DNA from: Azolla caroliniana
Taxonomy: Eukaryota; Plantae; Polypodiophyta
Assembly (NCBI GenBank): GCA_043228905.1
Contig: JBHGNT010000014.1
Location: 5,704,001-5,768,000, forward strand
Direction: 5' to 3'
Length of the DNA: 64,000 nucleotides
The notes beneath the pieces are model-generated. The model saw only the letters and a list, made by a program, of their open reading frames with translations. It did no database searches and was not told the origin of the DNA. A program made the position numbers and the translations under genes. This document shows, piece by piece, positions 33,937-47,457 of the stretch. How positions within the stretch are numbered: position 1 is the stretch's first letter; each line of letters starts with the position of its first letter.

Positions 33937-36900
33937 GAAGAGGTCGTTGCCTCTGTGTATTACCGCCGCCTGTGGCGAAGACAGTGAGCTCAAGGTTGTT
34001 GCCTTGTAGCTTCACCATTGTACATCTCTGTGTGTAGTGATAGTTGGAGTTTGAGGACTCCCGTGGTTTTTCCCACTTAGGGTTTTCCACGTAAAATATC
34101 CTGTGTACTCTTCTCTCTATTGTCTTCGTGCATTTTTTGTATTTCATGTTTTCTGTGAGTTGATCCTATTCCTCGGTTGTGGCCGAGCACTGTGTTTAAC
34201 AAACTGGTATCAGAGCGATGGTAACACAGAAAATGGAAGGCGGCGGTAGTGGGCCCCCGGGCATGATGGTGTTGAACTCACAGAACTACGCCGACTGGAA
34301 GATAAAGATGGAAGACCTTCTCATCGTCCGAGACCTGTACGAACCGATCGACAATGCCGAGATACCCAAGGGAGTAATAGAGTCGGAGTGGAAGCTCCTG
34401 AACCGGAAAGCCGTAGCGACGATCCGGCAATATGTCGATGTAAGTGTTCTGCAACATGTGGCAAACGATACGAACGCCTATGAGATGTGGCAGAAGCTGT
34501 CCGGACTGTATGAGAGGAAGAATGCTCTGACCCGGACCTCCCTGATGAGGAAGATAGTGAATCTTAAGTACCGGGACGGCGAGAGCATGGTCGAACACGT
34601 CAGCACGTTGATGGGATTCGTGAACCAGCTTGCGGCGATCAAGTTCCCGTTGGATGACGCAATGCAAGCCATCATGCTGATGTGTACCCCTCCGGAGAGC
34701 TGGGAGAATTTGGTAGTTACTCTCAGCACCTCCTGTAAGGAAGAGAACTTGTCTTTACTAACGGTAAAGACAAGTATTCTAAATGAAGAAGCGCGTCGGA
34801 GAGATAAAGAACCGGCCTCTGACTCGAAGGCGCTGCTTACCGAATCGGAACGGGGAAGACAACGGAACCGGAGTCCGCAAAGACGGGAGAAGTCGGGGAC
34901 ACGGTCGCAGTCGAGGGGAAGACCTACATGCTTCTACTGTGGGAAGCCGGGGCACTTCCAGAAGAACTGTCGGCATTTCCGGAAAGACAACGGAACCGAC
35001 GGTACCGATTCGAAGAAGTCACCGGAGCGAAACGGTGCATACCGGGGAGCCACGGACCGGAGAGGTCCGGATCGGCGAGGGCAGGACCGGAAAGGAACGA
35101 CGGCACTCGCGGCAAGTGAAGAAGAGATAATGCTCATTACCGAAGAGAGGGAGCTGAACCTTGCCGGTGAAGAGATGACCTGGGTGGTCGATTCCGGAGC
35201 GTCGTTCCACCTGACCCCGGAGAAGAAATACTTCTCATCCTACACAGCCGGTGAGCACGGCTGTGTCCGGATGGGAAATGAAGGTACATGCCGGATTGCC
35301 GGCATAGGAGACGTGTGGCTGATGACATCAACCGGATGCAAGATGCTGCCGAAGGATGTCCGACACGTTCCGGAGGTTCGATTGAACCTGATTTCGGCCG
35401 GGAGGCTAGACGATGAAGGCTACACGGGTAGCATCCGGAACGGTATCATGAAGTTCAGCAGAGGGAGCCTGATAGTGGCTCGGGCCCGGAAGGTCAACAC
35501 ATTGTACCTGATGAATTCCCGGCTATGTCCGGAGGAGCTGAACGTGGCAGCTGACACTGCCGGTGAGCTGTGGCACAAGAGACTGTGCCACATGAGCGAG
35601 AAGGGGATGAAGAGGCTTGCCGAAGACAACCTGATACCGGTAAAGCACGTACACCTGGGGAAGTGTGCCGACTGTCTGGCCGGTAAGCAAAACCGGACCT
35701 CCTTCCGCTCAAGACCACCGATGAGACGTAGTGTACCATTGGAGTTGGTACACACTGATGTGTGTCAGGTAGAAACGAAGTCACATGGCGGAGCCCAGTA
35801 CTTCGTAACATTCATAGATGACCATAGCCGGAAGCTGTGGACGGCACCGTTGAAGACAAAGGACCAAGTATTGTCCGTCTTCAAAGAACTCCACGCGAGA
35901 GTGGAAAGAGAATCCGGCAAGAAGCTGAAAGCACTACGAGCGGATAACGGAGGAGAATACCGAGGGCAATTTGAGGAGTATTGCCGTTCGATGGGAATCC
36001 GGCTCGAGTTTACTGTGCCGAAGACGCCGGAACTGAACGGGCTGGCCGAGAGGATGAACCGGACCATAATGGAGAGGGTCCGGAGTATGCTGGCGCATGC
36101 GAAATTACCCAAGGGGTTTTGGGCTGAGGCAATGTCGACGGCGACATACGTGATAAACAGATCACCCTCAGTACCTTTGGACGGAGACACGCCACAGAAA
36201 GTGTGGACCGGTAAGGAAGTGTCCTACCGGCATCTGAAGGTGTTCGGGTGTCTCGCATACGTGCATGTGGCAAAGGACCGGAGAGGAAAGTTAGATCCAA
36301 AGACCCGGCCATGCATATTCCTCGGTTACGGCGATGACGAGTTCGGCTACCGAGTATGGGACCCGGTCGACAAAAAGATATTCCGGAGTCGTGATATCAT
36401 CTTCATGGAGGACAAGACACTCGCCGACTGGGAGTCGGAGAAGAAGATGAAGAGCTCCAAGTCGACCGGTGAGGATCAACTCTACGAGGAGCAGTCCCGA
36501 CCGGCAAGGGACCGGTTAGCACTCGAGGATCCGGCCGAAGACGGTGAAGAAACAGAACCGGCCGAGGAAGATGAAACTGATACCGGAACTGGCCCCGATC
36601 CCGAAATGGATTCGGATGAAGAGGAAACGGAGGAGCCGGTTACCGAAGCTCCGGAATGGAGATATCCTCTAAGAGAGAGAAGGGCCCCCCGGAGATTTCC
36701 GGAACCTGAGCACGTGCTGCTAACCGACGAGGGGGAGCCGGAGAGTTTTGAAGAAGCAAAGCTTGACACCCATAGCCGCAGGTGGTTAAGTGCCATGCAG
36801 GAGGAGATGGATTCCCTGCATGAGAACCACACATATGAACTTGTGGAGTTGCCGAAAGGAAAGCGGGCACTTCGAAACAAGTGGGTGTTCAAGCTGAAAC

Positions 36901-38679
36901 CGGGAGATGCCGGAAACCCCCCGAGATACAAAGCCAGGATTGTGGTGAAGGGGTACCAGCAGAAGAAGGGCGTCGACTTCGACGAGATATTTGCCCCGGT
37001 AGTGAAGATGACCTCCATCCGGACGGTGCTGAGCATAGCGGCAAGCATGGACCTCGAGGTAGAACAGATGGATGTGAAGACGGCATTCCTTCACGGTGAC
37101 CTCGAAGAAGAGATCTACATGCAGCAACCGGAAGGATTCGAGAAGAAAGGGAAGGAGCACCTGGTATGCCGGTTGAAGAAGAGCCTTTACGGACTGAAGT
37201 AGGCTCCCCGGCAATGGTACCGGAAGTTCGACTCTTTCATGACCGACGAAGGGTACCACAAAACGCAGTCTGATCACTGCGTGTTTGTGAAGAAGTTCGA
37301 AGGAGGAGACTTTCTAATACTCCTCCTGTACGTGGACGACATGTTGATCGTCGGACGGGACCAGGTCAAGATACGGATGCTGAAGAAAGCGTTTCATCGA
37401 ACCTTCTCAATGAAGGACCTGGGTCCGGCGAGGCAAATACTAGGGATGCACATCATCCGGGACCGGAAGAAGAAGCAGTTGTGGCTGTCACAGGAGAAGT
37501 ACGTGACAAAGGTACTTCACCGGTTCAACATGTCGGAAGCAAGACCGGTTGGGTCAACCCTCCCGGCAAACTGCAAGTTGTCCAGCAAGCAAAGCCCCAA
37601 GACAAAGGCTGAGAAGGAGGACATGATGAAAGTACCATATGCCTCTGCCGTCGGAAGCTTGATGTACGCAATGGTGTGTACAAGACCGGACATAGGATAT
37701 GCAGTCGGAGTGGTGAGCCGGTACATGAGCAATCCCGGCAAAGAGCACTGGAACGCGGCCAAGTGGATACTCCGATACCTGAAGGGCACGGCAAACGTGT
37801 GCCTCCGATTCGGCTCCGGTAAGCCCGAACTCGACGGCTTTACCGATTCGGATATGTCGGCTGATGCAGATACCAGCCGGTCCACATCAGGGTATGTGAT
37901 GACGTATGCAGGGGGAGCTGTTTCGTGGTAGTCGAGGCTGCAGAAGACGGTTGCGTTGTCAACCACGGAGGCGGAGTACATGGCGGCTGTTGAAGCCGGC
38001 AAGGAAATAATATGGATGAAGGACTTCATTAGAGAGCTCGGTATCCGGCAGGAGGAGTACCGACTCTACTGCGACAGTCAGAGTGCCATCCACCTTGCGA
38101 AGAACGCGGCCTATCACTCCCGGACGAAGCACATCCAGCGAAGATATCACTGGATCCGGGAAAGGATAGAAGACCAGGAGTTCGTGCTGACGAAGATCCA
38201 CACAGACGAGAACGGGTCAGATATGCTGACCAAAGTGCTCACACCCGACAAGCTGGAAGCGTGCCGGAAGAGGGTCGGACTGGAAAGACATCCCATGCCG
38301 AAGTGAAGGGGGAGTTTGTTGGGATTACGGTCCCTCCGGATGGGATGGTCGGATATCCGGGAATCGGGAATGAAGACCCGAATGAGGAGTACCCGGTATC
38401 GGAGCCGGATGATGAAGACCCGGTTCCGGATCCGGATGATGAAGACCCCGGCTACGGAGCCGGATGATGAAGACCCCGGTTACGGAGCCGGATGACGAAT
38501 GTACCCGGAGAGAGATCCGGATGCGGGGACATATTTGTGAATATGTTTGCCAAGGGCCCTTGAGGTTATACTTGTAAATAGCCCGAAAGTCATATGTGTA
38601 TAAATATGACTTAGGGCAAACAGTTTTGTTGTTGTTGCTCATTTTTCTGTTTTCCACTTAGAGGGAGCTAAGTGAGCAG

Positions 38680-38726
<47 letters not shown>

Positions 38727-38991
38727 GAAGAGGTTGTTGCCTCTGTGTATTACCGCCGCCTGTGGCGAAGACAGTGAGCTCAAGGTTGTTGCCTTGTAGC
38801 TTCACCATTGTACATCTCTGTGTGTAGTGATAGTTGGAGTTTGAGGACTCCCGTGGTTTTTCCCACATAGGGTTTTCCACGTAAAATATCCTGTGTACTC
38901 TTCTCTCTATTGTCTTCGTGCATTTTTTGTATTTCATGTTTTCTGTGAGTTGATCCTATTCCTCGGTTGTGGCTGAGCACTGTGTTTAACA
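33529..38991 (+). mobile_element. Full-length copia element H, a close relative of F
   Basis: LTRs 33529-34201 and 38317-38991 (about 4 substitutions plus a GA indel). TSD CTTCA at 33524-33528 and 38992-38996. iMet PBS 34205-34216. Confidence 0.96.
34218..38306 (+). pseudogene. gag-pol: Element H gag-pol with two in-frame TAG stops (37200 and 37929)
   Basis: Near-identical to the F polyprotein. Both stops sit where F has CAG. Confidence 0.93.
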
Positions 38992-39586
38992 CTTCATCGT
39001 ACCTTTTGACGAACACATAGTGATCTACCTGTGTTTTCTGGAACCTATGTTCCAACGTGAAGGACTTGAGCTTCTTGTACCATTGGAGTGGAGCTTGTTT
39101 CAAACCATATAAGCTTTTCTTTAGTCGACACATCATGTTTTCTTTTCCTTTCTCCTCAAAGCCTTTGGGTTGTTGCATATAAATATCCTCCTCTAGCTCC
39201 CCATGCAAGAATGTTGTTTTGACATCCAATTGTTCGATCTCCAGATCCATGCTCGCAACAATGCTTAGAACGGTTCAGATGGATGTCATCTTTATGACTG
39301 GTGCGAATATTTTGTCAAAGTTAACACCCTTTTTCTGTTGAAACCCCTTTACCACAATGCGGGTTTTATATCTAGGTGTGCTGTCAACTTCTCCAGTCTT
39401 CACCTTGTAGATCCATTTGTTTCTAAGTGCTATCTTACCTTTTGGTAGCTCCACCAAGTCGTAAGTATAGTTTTCCTACAAGGAGTCCATCTCATCTTGC
39501 ATCACACTCTACCATTTCTCCTTGTGCTCGTCGACAATGGCTTCATCATAACACTCAGGATCACCTTCATAAGTCAAGAGGATGAA

Positions 39587-39987
39587 TGTCGTAAGAAAGA
39601 GAGAGAATTGAAAGGGAAATATTGTATTGTAGAGTAAAATGGATTACAAGGAGTAGGCAACAGAGTGTTACAAAATGACGTTGAACCGATTTAGGTTTGG
39701 GATGATTCATAGATCCCTATTTATAAGTAATAGAGAACACTCTACAATATTCTAGGTCATCCTAGAATGTAAAGTGATCTAGAAGGTTCTAGTGTATGGA
39801 ACACTCTAGAATATTCTAGGTCATTCTAGAATGTAGAGTAATATAGAATACTCTTATGATATTAGATTATATATTCTAAAAACTATACATATAAGAATAT
39901 TAATACAATGGTTAAGGATTTGACATGTGTATAACAAGGTCGTGGGTTCAAACCCTTTTGAGGCATGATGTGAGTGTCATCATGACA
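39587..39987 (-). mobile_element. Solo LTR related to the element B family, with mismatched flanks
   Basis: Minus strand TGTCATGAT...ACGACA. Shares the A/B-box module, TATA and AAATCGGTTCAA with the B LTRs. No TSD. Confidence 0.8.
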
Positions 39988-41147
39988 ATGTCCAAGGAGT
40001 TCTACCGAAAGGGGAAGTGGCTTCTAAACACTAGTCGTGGATGAAAGATTCGGGCAGCCACAAAAGCAACGAAAGATCTATTTGCAGCTTTTTCGGATGT
40101 GTTGGTGAAGATCGGTGAGTTTGTTTGTGCAAGATGAGATCTCACATTTTGAGATCCTCAAGCAACCCTTCATCACGGATTCGCGGATGGAAACAATAGT
40201 GCTCGATAGTAGACCGGCGTTTGCAAGGATTTGGAGCCAAAGCGGTGGGAAAACTGTTCAATTCCTGACTGCTCCATCGAATCATGAAAGGAACAAGAGC
40301 AAACAAAAATGGAATTTTAAAGTAGACTGTTGCGGAGTGGGGAAGTGATAGTCCGAGAAGCCCTGAAACCCCGCACAGGAAGAAAACTGTCGGAGTGAAA
40401 CAAGTGTGAATTAGTTCAGATGCGGCATCTACATATAAATGGCAGTGACCGGAGTAATGAGGAAAGAGTTCTGGAAGATGCAGGATTACCTACGGCTTGC
40501 ATCAATCATAAAAGAAGACGAAGAGATCGTGGGAGTAGTCGAAGAAGTGTTCTATGGGAGCACACTTCAACGACTTGAAGAGCTTACGGAAGAGAATAGT
40601 CAAGGAGATTGGGTAGTTTCGATGGAATCGGTCGAGATGTACGAGATCATTGCGGAAATGGAGCCGGATGCGCTCCACAAAAAAGAAGCAATGGTATGTA
40701 CGAAATATAAGTCCTTGGAAAAGAAGGTGAAACCTTCTATGGGGTTGTTACCCGTCAATAGTGAATAGAAGAGGATAGAAGTCTCGGGAGATCTGACACT
40801 TCAGAAGTCCATGGATATTGGACACACATTTGTAACTGATGAGACCCGAAAGAAACTCTGGATCGATGGAGATTGGTTCCTCTTATCAAATGAAAAAGAA
40901 CGATTTCATGAGATGTTGGAGCAGCATAGAAAATCATTCAGATTCACATCAAGAGAGATAGGGTGCATTGATCCGAAGATAGTGGAGCCGATGGTGATCT
41001 TCACGATTGAACATGTGCCATGGAACTTGAAGCCAATTCTAGTGTCACGGGTGCATATCCCGAAAATCATTGACTTGCTCAAAGAGAAACTGGCTTTGGG
41101 GATTTTAGAGCAATCAAATGCTCCTTACTCAAATCGATGATTTACAG
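39988..41147 (+). pseudogene. pol: Decayed fragment K of the Trp-primed gypsy lineage (protease to RT start)
   Basis: MSKEFYRKGKW, VQFLT, EPMVIFTIEHVPWNLKP, APYSNR. Confidence 0.82.
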
Positions 41148-41459
41148 TGTCATGGGGGATTTCGGCTACAAGGAGAAAAAGGGCCGGATGCACGTGAACG
41201 GGGGTGTGCAAGGATGTACACAGAAATGTACAAAACCATGTGGATAACATAGGGCTAGTAAGTATTAGGTAGTAGGAATTAATGGGTACTTTAAGTCCCA
41301 CACGCATAGAGAGGATATAGGAATTTGATGTAGTGAAATCGAGTCTCTGTCACTGATCACGATGTAACGGTCTCCATTTGTGCTATAAAAGGGAAGGCTT
41401 GAGCCGATTTTTGGGATCCAAGATTGGGAGGATGGAGTGTTGTCAGTTTGAGTGCCGAG

Positions 41460-41492
<33 letters not shown>

Positions 41493-41731
41493 GTGTTCTG
41501 TGCTGATCCGAGGAAGGAAGTGAAGCCTCTACTCGCGTAGGATGCCCGTGAGCTCCCGACCAGAGGTTCATTATTCTGTGTGTGTTTGTGGTGGTCGTAA
41601 TTTGAAGCACAATTGCCGTCCAACTTCGGTTTTAATCTCTTCTTCTCTGATAATCGTTAGTATTTTGTTGAGTCTTTCCTTGTCTGCAGGCGTCAACGTG
41701 TTGTTCTTTCTTGCTTTTGTCGTGTGCATGT
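41148..41731 (+). repeat. Probable truncated LTR of another gypsy element
   Basis: Starts TGTCA exactly where fragment K stops. CTATAAAAGGG and a (CT)n tract arranged as in the element E LTR. No 3' end found. Confidence 0.55.
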
Positions 41732-42500
41732 TGTCGTGAAGATTTTCGGCGATAATGTGTAAATTGTGAGGAACACACAAAATCGAGTGTGGTTCTTCTC
41801 ACAAGATATGAAACAATATTAGTGAAGACACTATTCTAAATAAGTTTAATATCTTGGTACGAAAAGATGGAGGTCTTCAAGAGCTTTCAAATGCACTTTA
41901 CTACATAAGAAATAGACAACTAAGTGTCAAGTTATGTGGGTATGAAGATTGCGAAGAAGAAGAGAAAAACAAAACTAAGAGATATCCCACATAGATAGGA
42001 TAAATAAGGATCCTAGAGTATATAAGCAAACCAATAGCTCTTCATAATATATTTATGTGTTTGGAGCATAGAAAGATTGAGTTGTATGACTTGATGATTG
42101 GATGCAACCAAGTTCATTAGTTTTGGACAAATCCGGATGGAACCGGACCGACGAACGACACCCGACGACACTGGTGACCGGACGACAACGAAACCGATGA
42201 CTGGAACCGAATGGTGACCGGACGACGATGAAACCGGAACCGGAACCGGAACCGAATGGCGATCGGATAGCTACGGAACTGGATGACATGCGGACCGGGC
42301 CGGACGGATGCGAATCGGATGGACCGGACGGGTGGATTTATCACGACACACGATGTCTTAAAGTTTTCCAGTGTGAAACGAACAAAATCTTCTAGTTCTT
42401 TGGAGGTCAAGTGAAGGTGTAATATGCACTTACACATTTGTAAAAACAAGACTAAAAAGCCTAGTAAAAAGAAAATTTGTATACAAAGAGGTGCAAGTAA

Positions 42501-42554
42501 GAATTTGAACCTTGCACCTCCAAGTTAAAAGTGAATAGGCTTACCACTAAGCCA
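42501..42554 (-). promoter_or_regulatory. tRNA-like A-box/B-box module in the element G LTR, antisense
   Basis: Minus strand: TGGCTTAGTGG, 32 nt, GGTTCAAATTC. Confidence 0.62.
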
Positions 42555-43047
42555 AGTCATATCTTTAAAAGTTTTGCTTTGATCATTTTACATGTAAATT
42601 CTCATACATGAGAGCTTAGATGATGACATGGCAAACATGCATTGCATGCATTTCATGCATTACGTGCATGTCTCACACCCTCACATGCACCATATGCATG
42701 GGGGCATCTATAAAAGAGTGGAGGAATCAAGCAAGAAAAAACTAATGAAAAATTTGGGAAAAATAAGAAACTTGTTATCCGATTGTTGATGTATCTTGTC
42801 TCTCAAATCTAAAGTTAAGCGTTTAAATCTTTATCTCAATCTCGCTCTTTCTCCATATCAGTCTCTCTCAATCTATCTTAAATACTTTCTCACTAAAGCT
42901 AGTACAAACTTCAAATCCTTCTGGTCCAGAACCCCGACGGTTCCGCCTCACGATCCGCACATAGTGACGGATTTTCACGACATAATTAAGTGGTGAACCC
43001 GACGTGAAGAGGCGGTAGGAAGGATCAAGTCAAGGATTGACCGATAC

Positions 43048-46000
43048 TTGGAGATGGCATCCTCAAGCAATCAAGCGGGAGAGTTCGAAAGGATGATGCT
43101 AATCGTCGAACAAATGATGAGATCTCGGGACAACAATGCGAGCGTGGAGAAGGCCGTCGACTGTGTCGTAGAGCTCGAGGGTCAATTTGATGGAAGGAAC
43201 ATTACGAAGTTCCTTGATGCATACAAAAGGGAGATGAATCAAAGGGACGTGTTTGAAGCGTGTCAAATTACAAGTTTCAAGAGAGTGGTTTCCAACAACA
43301 TCCAAAGACGCGTCATCGAGCTTCAAGAAGGCAAGACAACATGGTTCGAGTTTGAGAGAGCAATATTAGCGGAGTTCGCGACAGAAGATTTGTCGAGGAT
43401 GACTCGACATGCCTTGATGAAGTGGATAGAAAAGAAAAATAAGAAGATGAGCCCCTCGAGGGTGTACGACGAATTCAACTAGATGTTTAGTCGTCTCCCC
43501 AACATGGACCAAGTGCTGCTTGAGGAGGAAAAGACTTTGTCGTTCTTAAAAGTTGTGGATATGAAGGATAGACGAGAATTGGCGACTCTTCTTGAAGATG
43601 ATACCCAAGCAAACGGGTTTGTGGCAGACTGGATTGTGGTGAAGCGAGCGTGCAACAAGCTTGACAAGCGTCGTTAGTGGGTTGATGACACCCACTTGGT
43701 AACATCGACTGGGGAGAAAATGAGACAATTGAAAGTAGCTGAGCCACTCAAACAAAGCAACCCGGAAGAAAAGAAGATTGATGATGACATCATCGAAGAA
43801 CTGGCGAAGAAGTTCGAGATGGTCACGCTAGCCAACATGAATCGTCGGGGCCCCAAAGGAAAAGAACCCTTTAGATGCGTGTGGTGCGATAGCATGGACC
43901 ACATGAGAAGGGATTGCGCGAGCCTTCGAGATGCCATTCGACAAAATATTGTATACATGGATGAAAACATGATCTGCTGAAGTGAGACTAGAAGACCCCT
44001 ACGGGTGAATTTCGGGAGAGGGGGAATGAAGAAAACCATGGAAGATGCCGAGGCGACTCATGTGGATGTGATGCAATATGTTGCATTGGCCGGAATAAGA
44101 GTCAGGAAAGACAAAGCTGCTTTTCAGGAGCAAAGTTTTGGTCTACTGTTCTTGAGTATGAGAACAAGGGAAAGGTCACTTCAAACGAGGTCAAGCTTGC
44201 GGACCGAAGTGTGCAAAGGATAACCGGATGGTCGGATCTTGTGGATGACAACACCATACTCGCGGAAGTGATGTGTGACAACCAGAATGTGTTCGTGGAT
44301 GAAAAGAGAAAAAGAATGGAAGGGCAAGATAACCCATCAAAAAGACATGAAACAAGGAGCGCGAAAAAGAAAGAAGATGCAGAAACGAGTCGAGCTTTAC
44401 AAACGGAGGGAGACTCAAGCTGGAAAAGGGAGTCGAGCAAACAAGTTGAAGAAATGGTTCGGCTCGTGAAGGTTGGTGTCGAAGACCCCACTCGGAAGAC
44501 AAGAATTATGCCTACCTATAAGCTAAGGTCGGACATAGAGCAAACGATAGATTTGAAGAAGATTCTCGAGGAATGTGTTCTCGATAGCCACATAACCTTG
44601 TCCTTGAGGCAATTGCTCGACATTACGAAGGAGTTCCATGATACGATCATGGACCTTGTGAAGAGAAAAAGGCAACAGTCGGACGAGGAAGAAGAGAAGC
44701 CGTTAAAAGCAAAAACAAATGCCATAACGATGGCAAGGGACGAGGTCGATGAAGATTTGGTGGACAGCCACTATACTCGACCTCATTGGGCATGAGTGAC
44801 AACGGAGACACCGGTGAAGATCGGGGAGAAGAAAGAGACCGTGGTAACCTTGATCGACCATGGCTCGGAGATCAACCTGATGTCGACTGAGTTCTACAAA
44901 AAAGGAAGATGGCCAATTAACACAAACCACAGATGGAAGATTCGAGCGGCAACAAAGACCATAGAGGACTTGTACGGAGCTTGTCCAAATGTTAAAGTCA
45001 CGATTGGGGATGTGGAGATGGATCAACACTTCTTCGTGCAAGAATCGGCCTCGCATCTTGTCATCCTAGAACAATTGTATATCACATCATCCCGAATGGA
45101 GACCAAGGTGTTCGATAATGGAGCAGCCTTCGCGTGGATCAAGAGTCTTGACAACCAAAGATCTGTTCAATTCCTAACGGTTCGGGCTAATCATAAAAGA
45201 AATTGAGATAACCTTGGAGGCGACTCCTCGGATTTTTAGAGTGGACTATTGAAGCATGGGACACAAATAGTCTGAGCAATCACAAGTCGCCACAAGAAAG
45301 TAGAGCGTGTGGATTGCAAGGAGAAGCAACATGTGTCACACCTAGTTGCGCATGTAAACTAGTACTACCCAACAAGGACAAGCGTCGGATACAAGACTTC
45401 GAGAATATTTTGAAAGAAGAAAACATAATCGAAGAAGAAGAATTTGTGACTCATATTATGGAAGAGGCCTCATTTAACGACACCATTGGCGAAATCGAGG
45501 AAGTCATGGACTTGAGCTATCTTCATGATCAACACGTGATTTCGGTTAACTCCGTCACCATGTACGCTATCATTGATGAATATCATCGAGGCATCTTGAT
45601 GGAGGAAGCTGGAGTCAACACAAAATATAAAACGGTGGATAGAAAGATGAAGCCAGTTGCGGTTCCACTACCAAAAGATAGCTAGCAAAAGATGAAGGAA
45701 GTCGCTAATGATCCAAGCCTAAGGGATCCAAAGGCAATAGGTCATGTCTTCACCGAAGAGACGAAAAGAAAGCTACGAGTTGAGAAGGAGGATTTCCTCC
45801 TCCCTGAAGAGGAGTGAATGTTCCGCGGAATGCTTGAAAGACATGGGAAGGCTTTCGCATTTTTCCCACAAGAAATCAGATGTGCTGATCAAGGATGATA
45901 GAACCGATGGTGATCTTCACGGTGCCGTACGTGCCTTGGAATTTGAAACCGATACCGGTTCCGAGAGCACACCTACCAAAGCAAATCGAGCTCTTAAAGG

Positions 46001-47190
46001 AGAAAGTGGATATGGGAATTTTGGAATCGTCGAATGCTCGCTATTCTAATAGGTGGTTCACAGTGCCGAAGAAGAATGGATCATTGCGATTCATCCAAGA
46101 TCTTCAACCCGTCAACAAGGTGACAATTCGGAATGCTGGAATCGGTCCGAGTGTGGATGAATTTGCTGAAGCGTTTGCAGGCCGGTCTATCTACTCCACT
46201 GGCGATCTCTACTTTGGATACGATCAATTCCAGTTGGCAGTCGACAATCGTGATATAACAACTATGAGGACTCCGATCAGGCTTGTGTGGATGTGTACCT
46301 TACCTCAAGGTGCAACGAACTCGGTGGCTCATATGGTGAATGCTATGAACAAGGTCTTGATGGATTGCATCCCGGGTATCACGATGCCATTCTTGGATGA
46401 TATTCCGATAAAAGGATGTTCGGATGAGGAGAAGGATGAATCAAAAGATAAGGAAGGGCGTAGAAAGTTCGTCATGGATCATATGTAAGTTTGCGAGAAG
46501 GTGCTCCAAAGACTCGAAGATATGAATTTGACATTTTTGGGAGAAAAATCTGCATTCAAGCAACCAGAGATCTTGGCGGTAGGTCACTTGTGTGGAGCAT
46601 ACGGACGGAAGCCTTCGCTATCCAAGGTGAACGTGATCCAGGACATGAAAGAAGAATGCGTAACCCAAACGGAGGTTCGAAGGTTCCTTGGAGCATGCAC
46701 GTTTTATCATATCTAGATTCCTCACTACGCTCATGTTGCCGAGCCATTATATGGATTGCTATAGAAAAGAATGAAGTTCGAATGGTGCGACGAGCATAGA
46801 AACGCGATTCGAAGATTGAAGAAACTACTTCTTGAAGCCCCAACACTAAGGAAGGCCAACTATACCGAAGAGAAGCCGATTTATGTGACTGTAGATACGA
46901 GCTCAAATGGAATCGGGTGGGTCATCAACCAAGAAGGAGAAGATAATGCGCGGTATGCCATCTGGTTTAGAGCAATGGTTCTCAACGAGTGACAAGAAAG
47001 ATACGCCCAAGTCAAGCGGGAACTTTGGGGTATTGTGTCTGCAGTAAAGATGGACAAAGACTACCTGATCGGGTCGGAAGTGATAATTGAGACAGATTGT
47101 TTCCCAATCCTCGGGATGATCTCAGGATGTGCAACACCAAATCTAGCTATGCTAAGGTGGATCACCTATATCAAGTCTTTAAACCCAGAG
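43048..47190 (+). pseudogene. gag-pol: Element G gag-PR and pol (RT, RNase H), with many stops
   Basis: CVWCDSMDHMRRDC, LIDHGSEINLM, LPQGATNS, PFLDD, VTVDTS. Confidence 0.88.
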
Positions 47191-47457
47191 GAATGACAAC
47201 TTGTGAGGGGAAGCTCTCCATCTTAACCTATCACTTCCCCAGATATATTAGAGGAGTATTAAACTACATTATATAATGTACCAGAGCATCCACATGTACC
47301 ACATCCAATCATCCCTTGCCCTCCCACATATTTACATCAAGTATTGACAAGGAGTCTATTGATAGGTTGCATAGGAAGTGTGCAAAATCATGATGGTCTA
47401 GTTGCAGAACATTTCCTACATCTTAACCTATCACTTCCTAGTTACCAGTTACCAGTT

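Larger units (their letters stand above)
32621..39586 (-). mobile_element. Truncated and decayed copia element J (RT/RNase H plus partial 3' LTR at about 32621-32940), split by element H
   Basis: RT at 38992-39586, YVDDM near 33490, RNase H 33102-33428, PPT 32941-32952, LTR end TGTTTGG at 32940. Confidence 0.8.
41732..47190 (+). mobile_element. 3'-truncated Trp-primed gypsy element G
   Basis: 5' LTR 41732-42982 (TGTCGTGAA...TTCACGACA). PBS 42991-43008. Decayed gag-PR 43048-45239 and pol 45230-47190. Confidence 0.88.

Noticed and set aside
42130-42330. GGAACC/GGACC repeat tract as a separate satellite
   Set aside because: It lies inside the G LTR U3 and is treated as an LTR-internal repeat.
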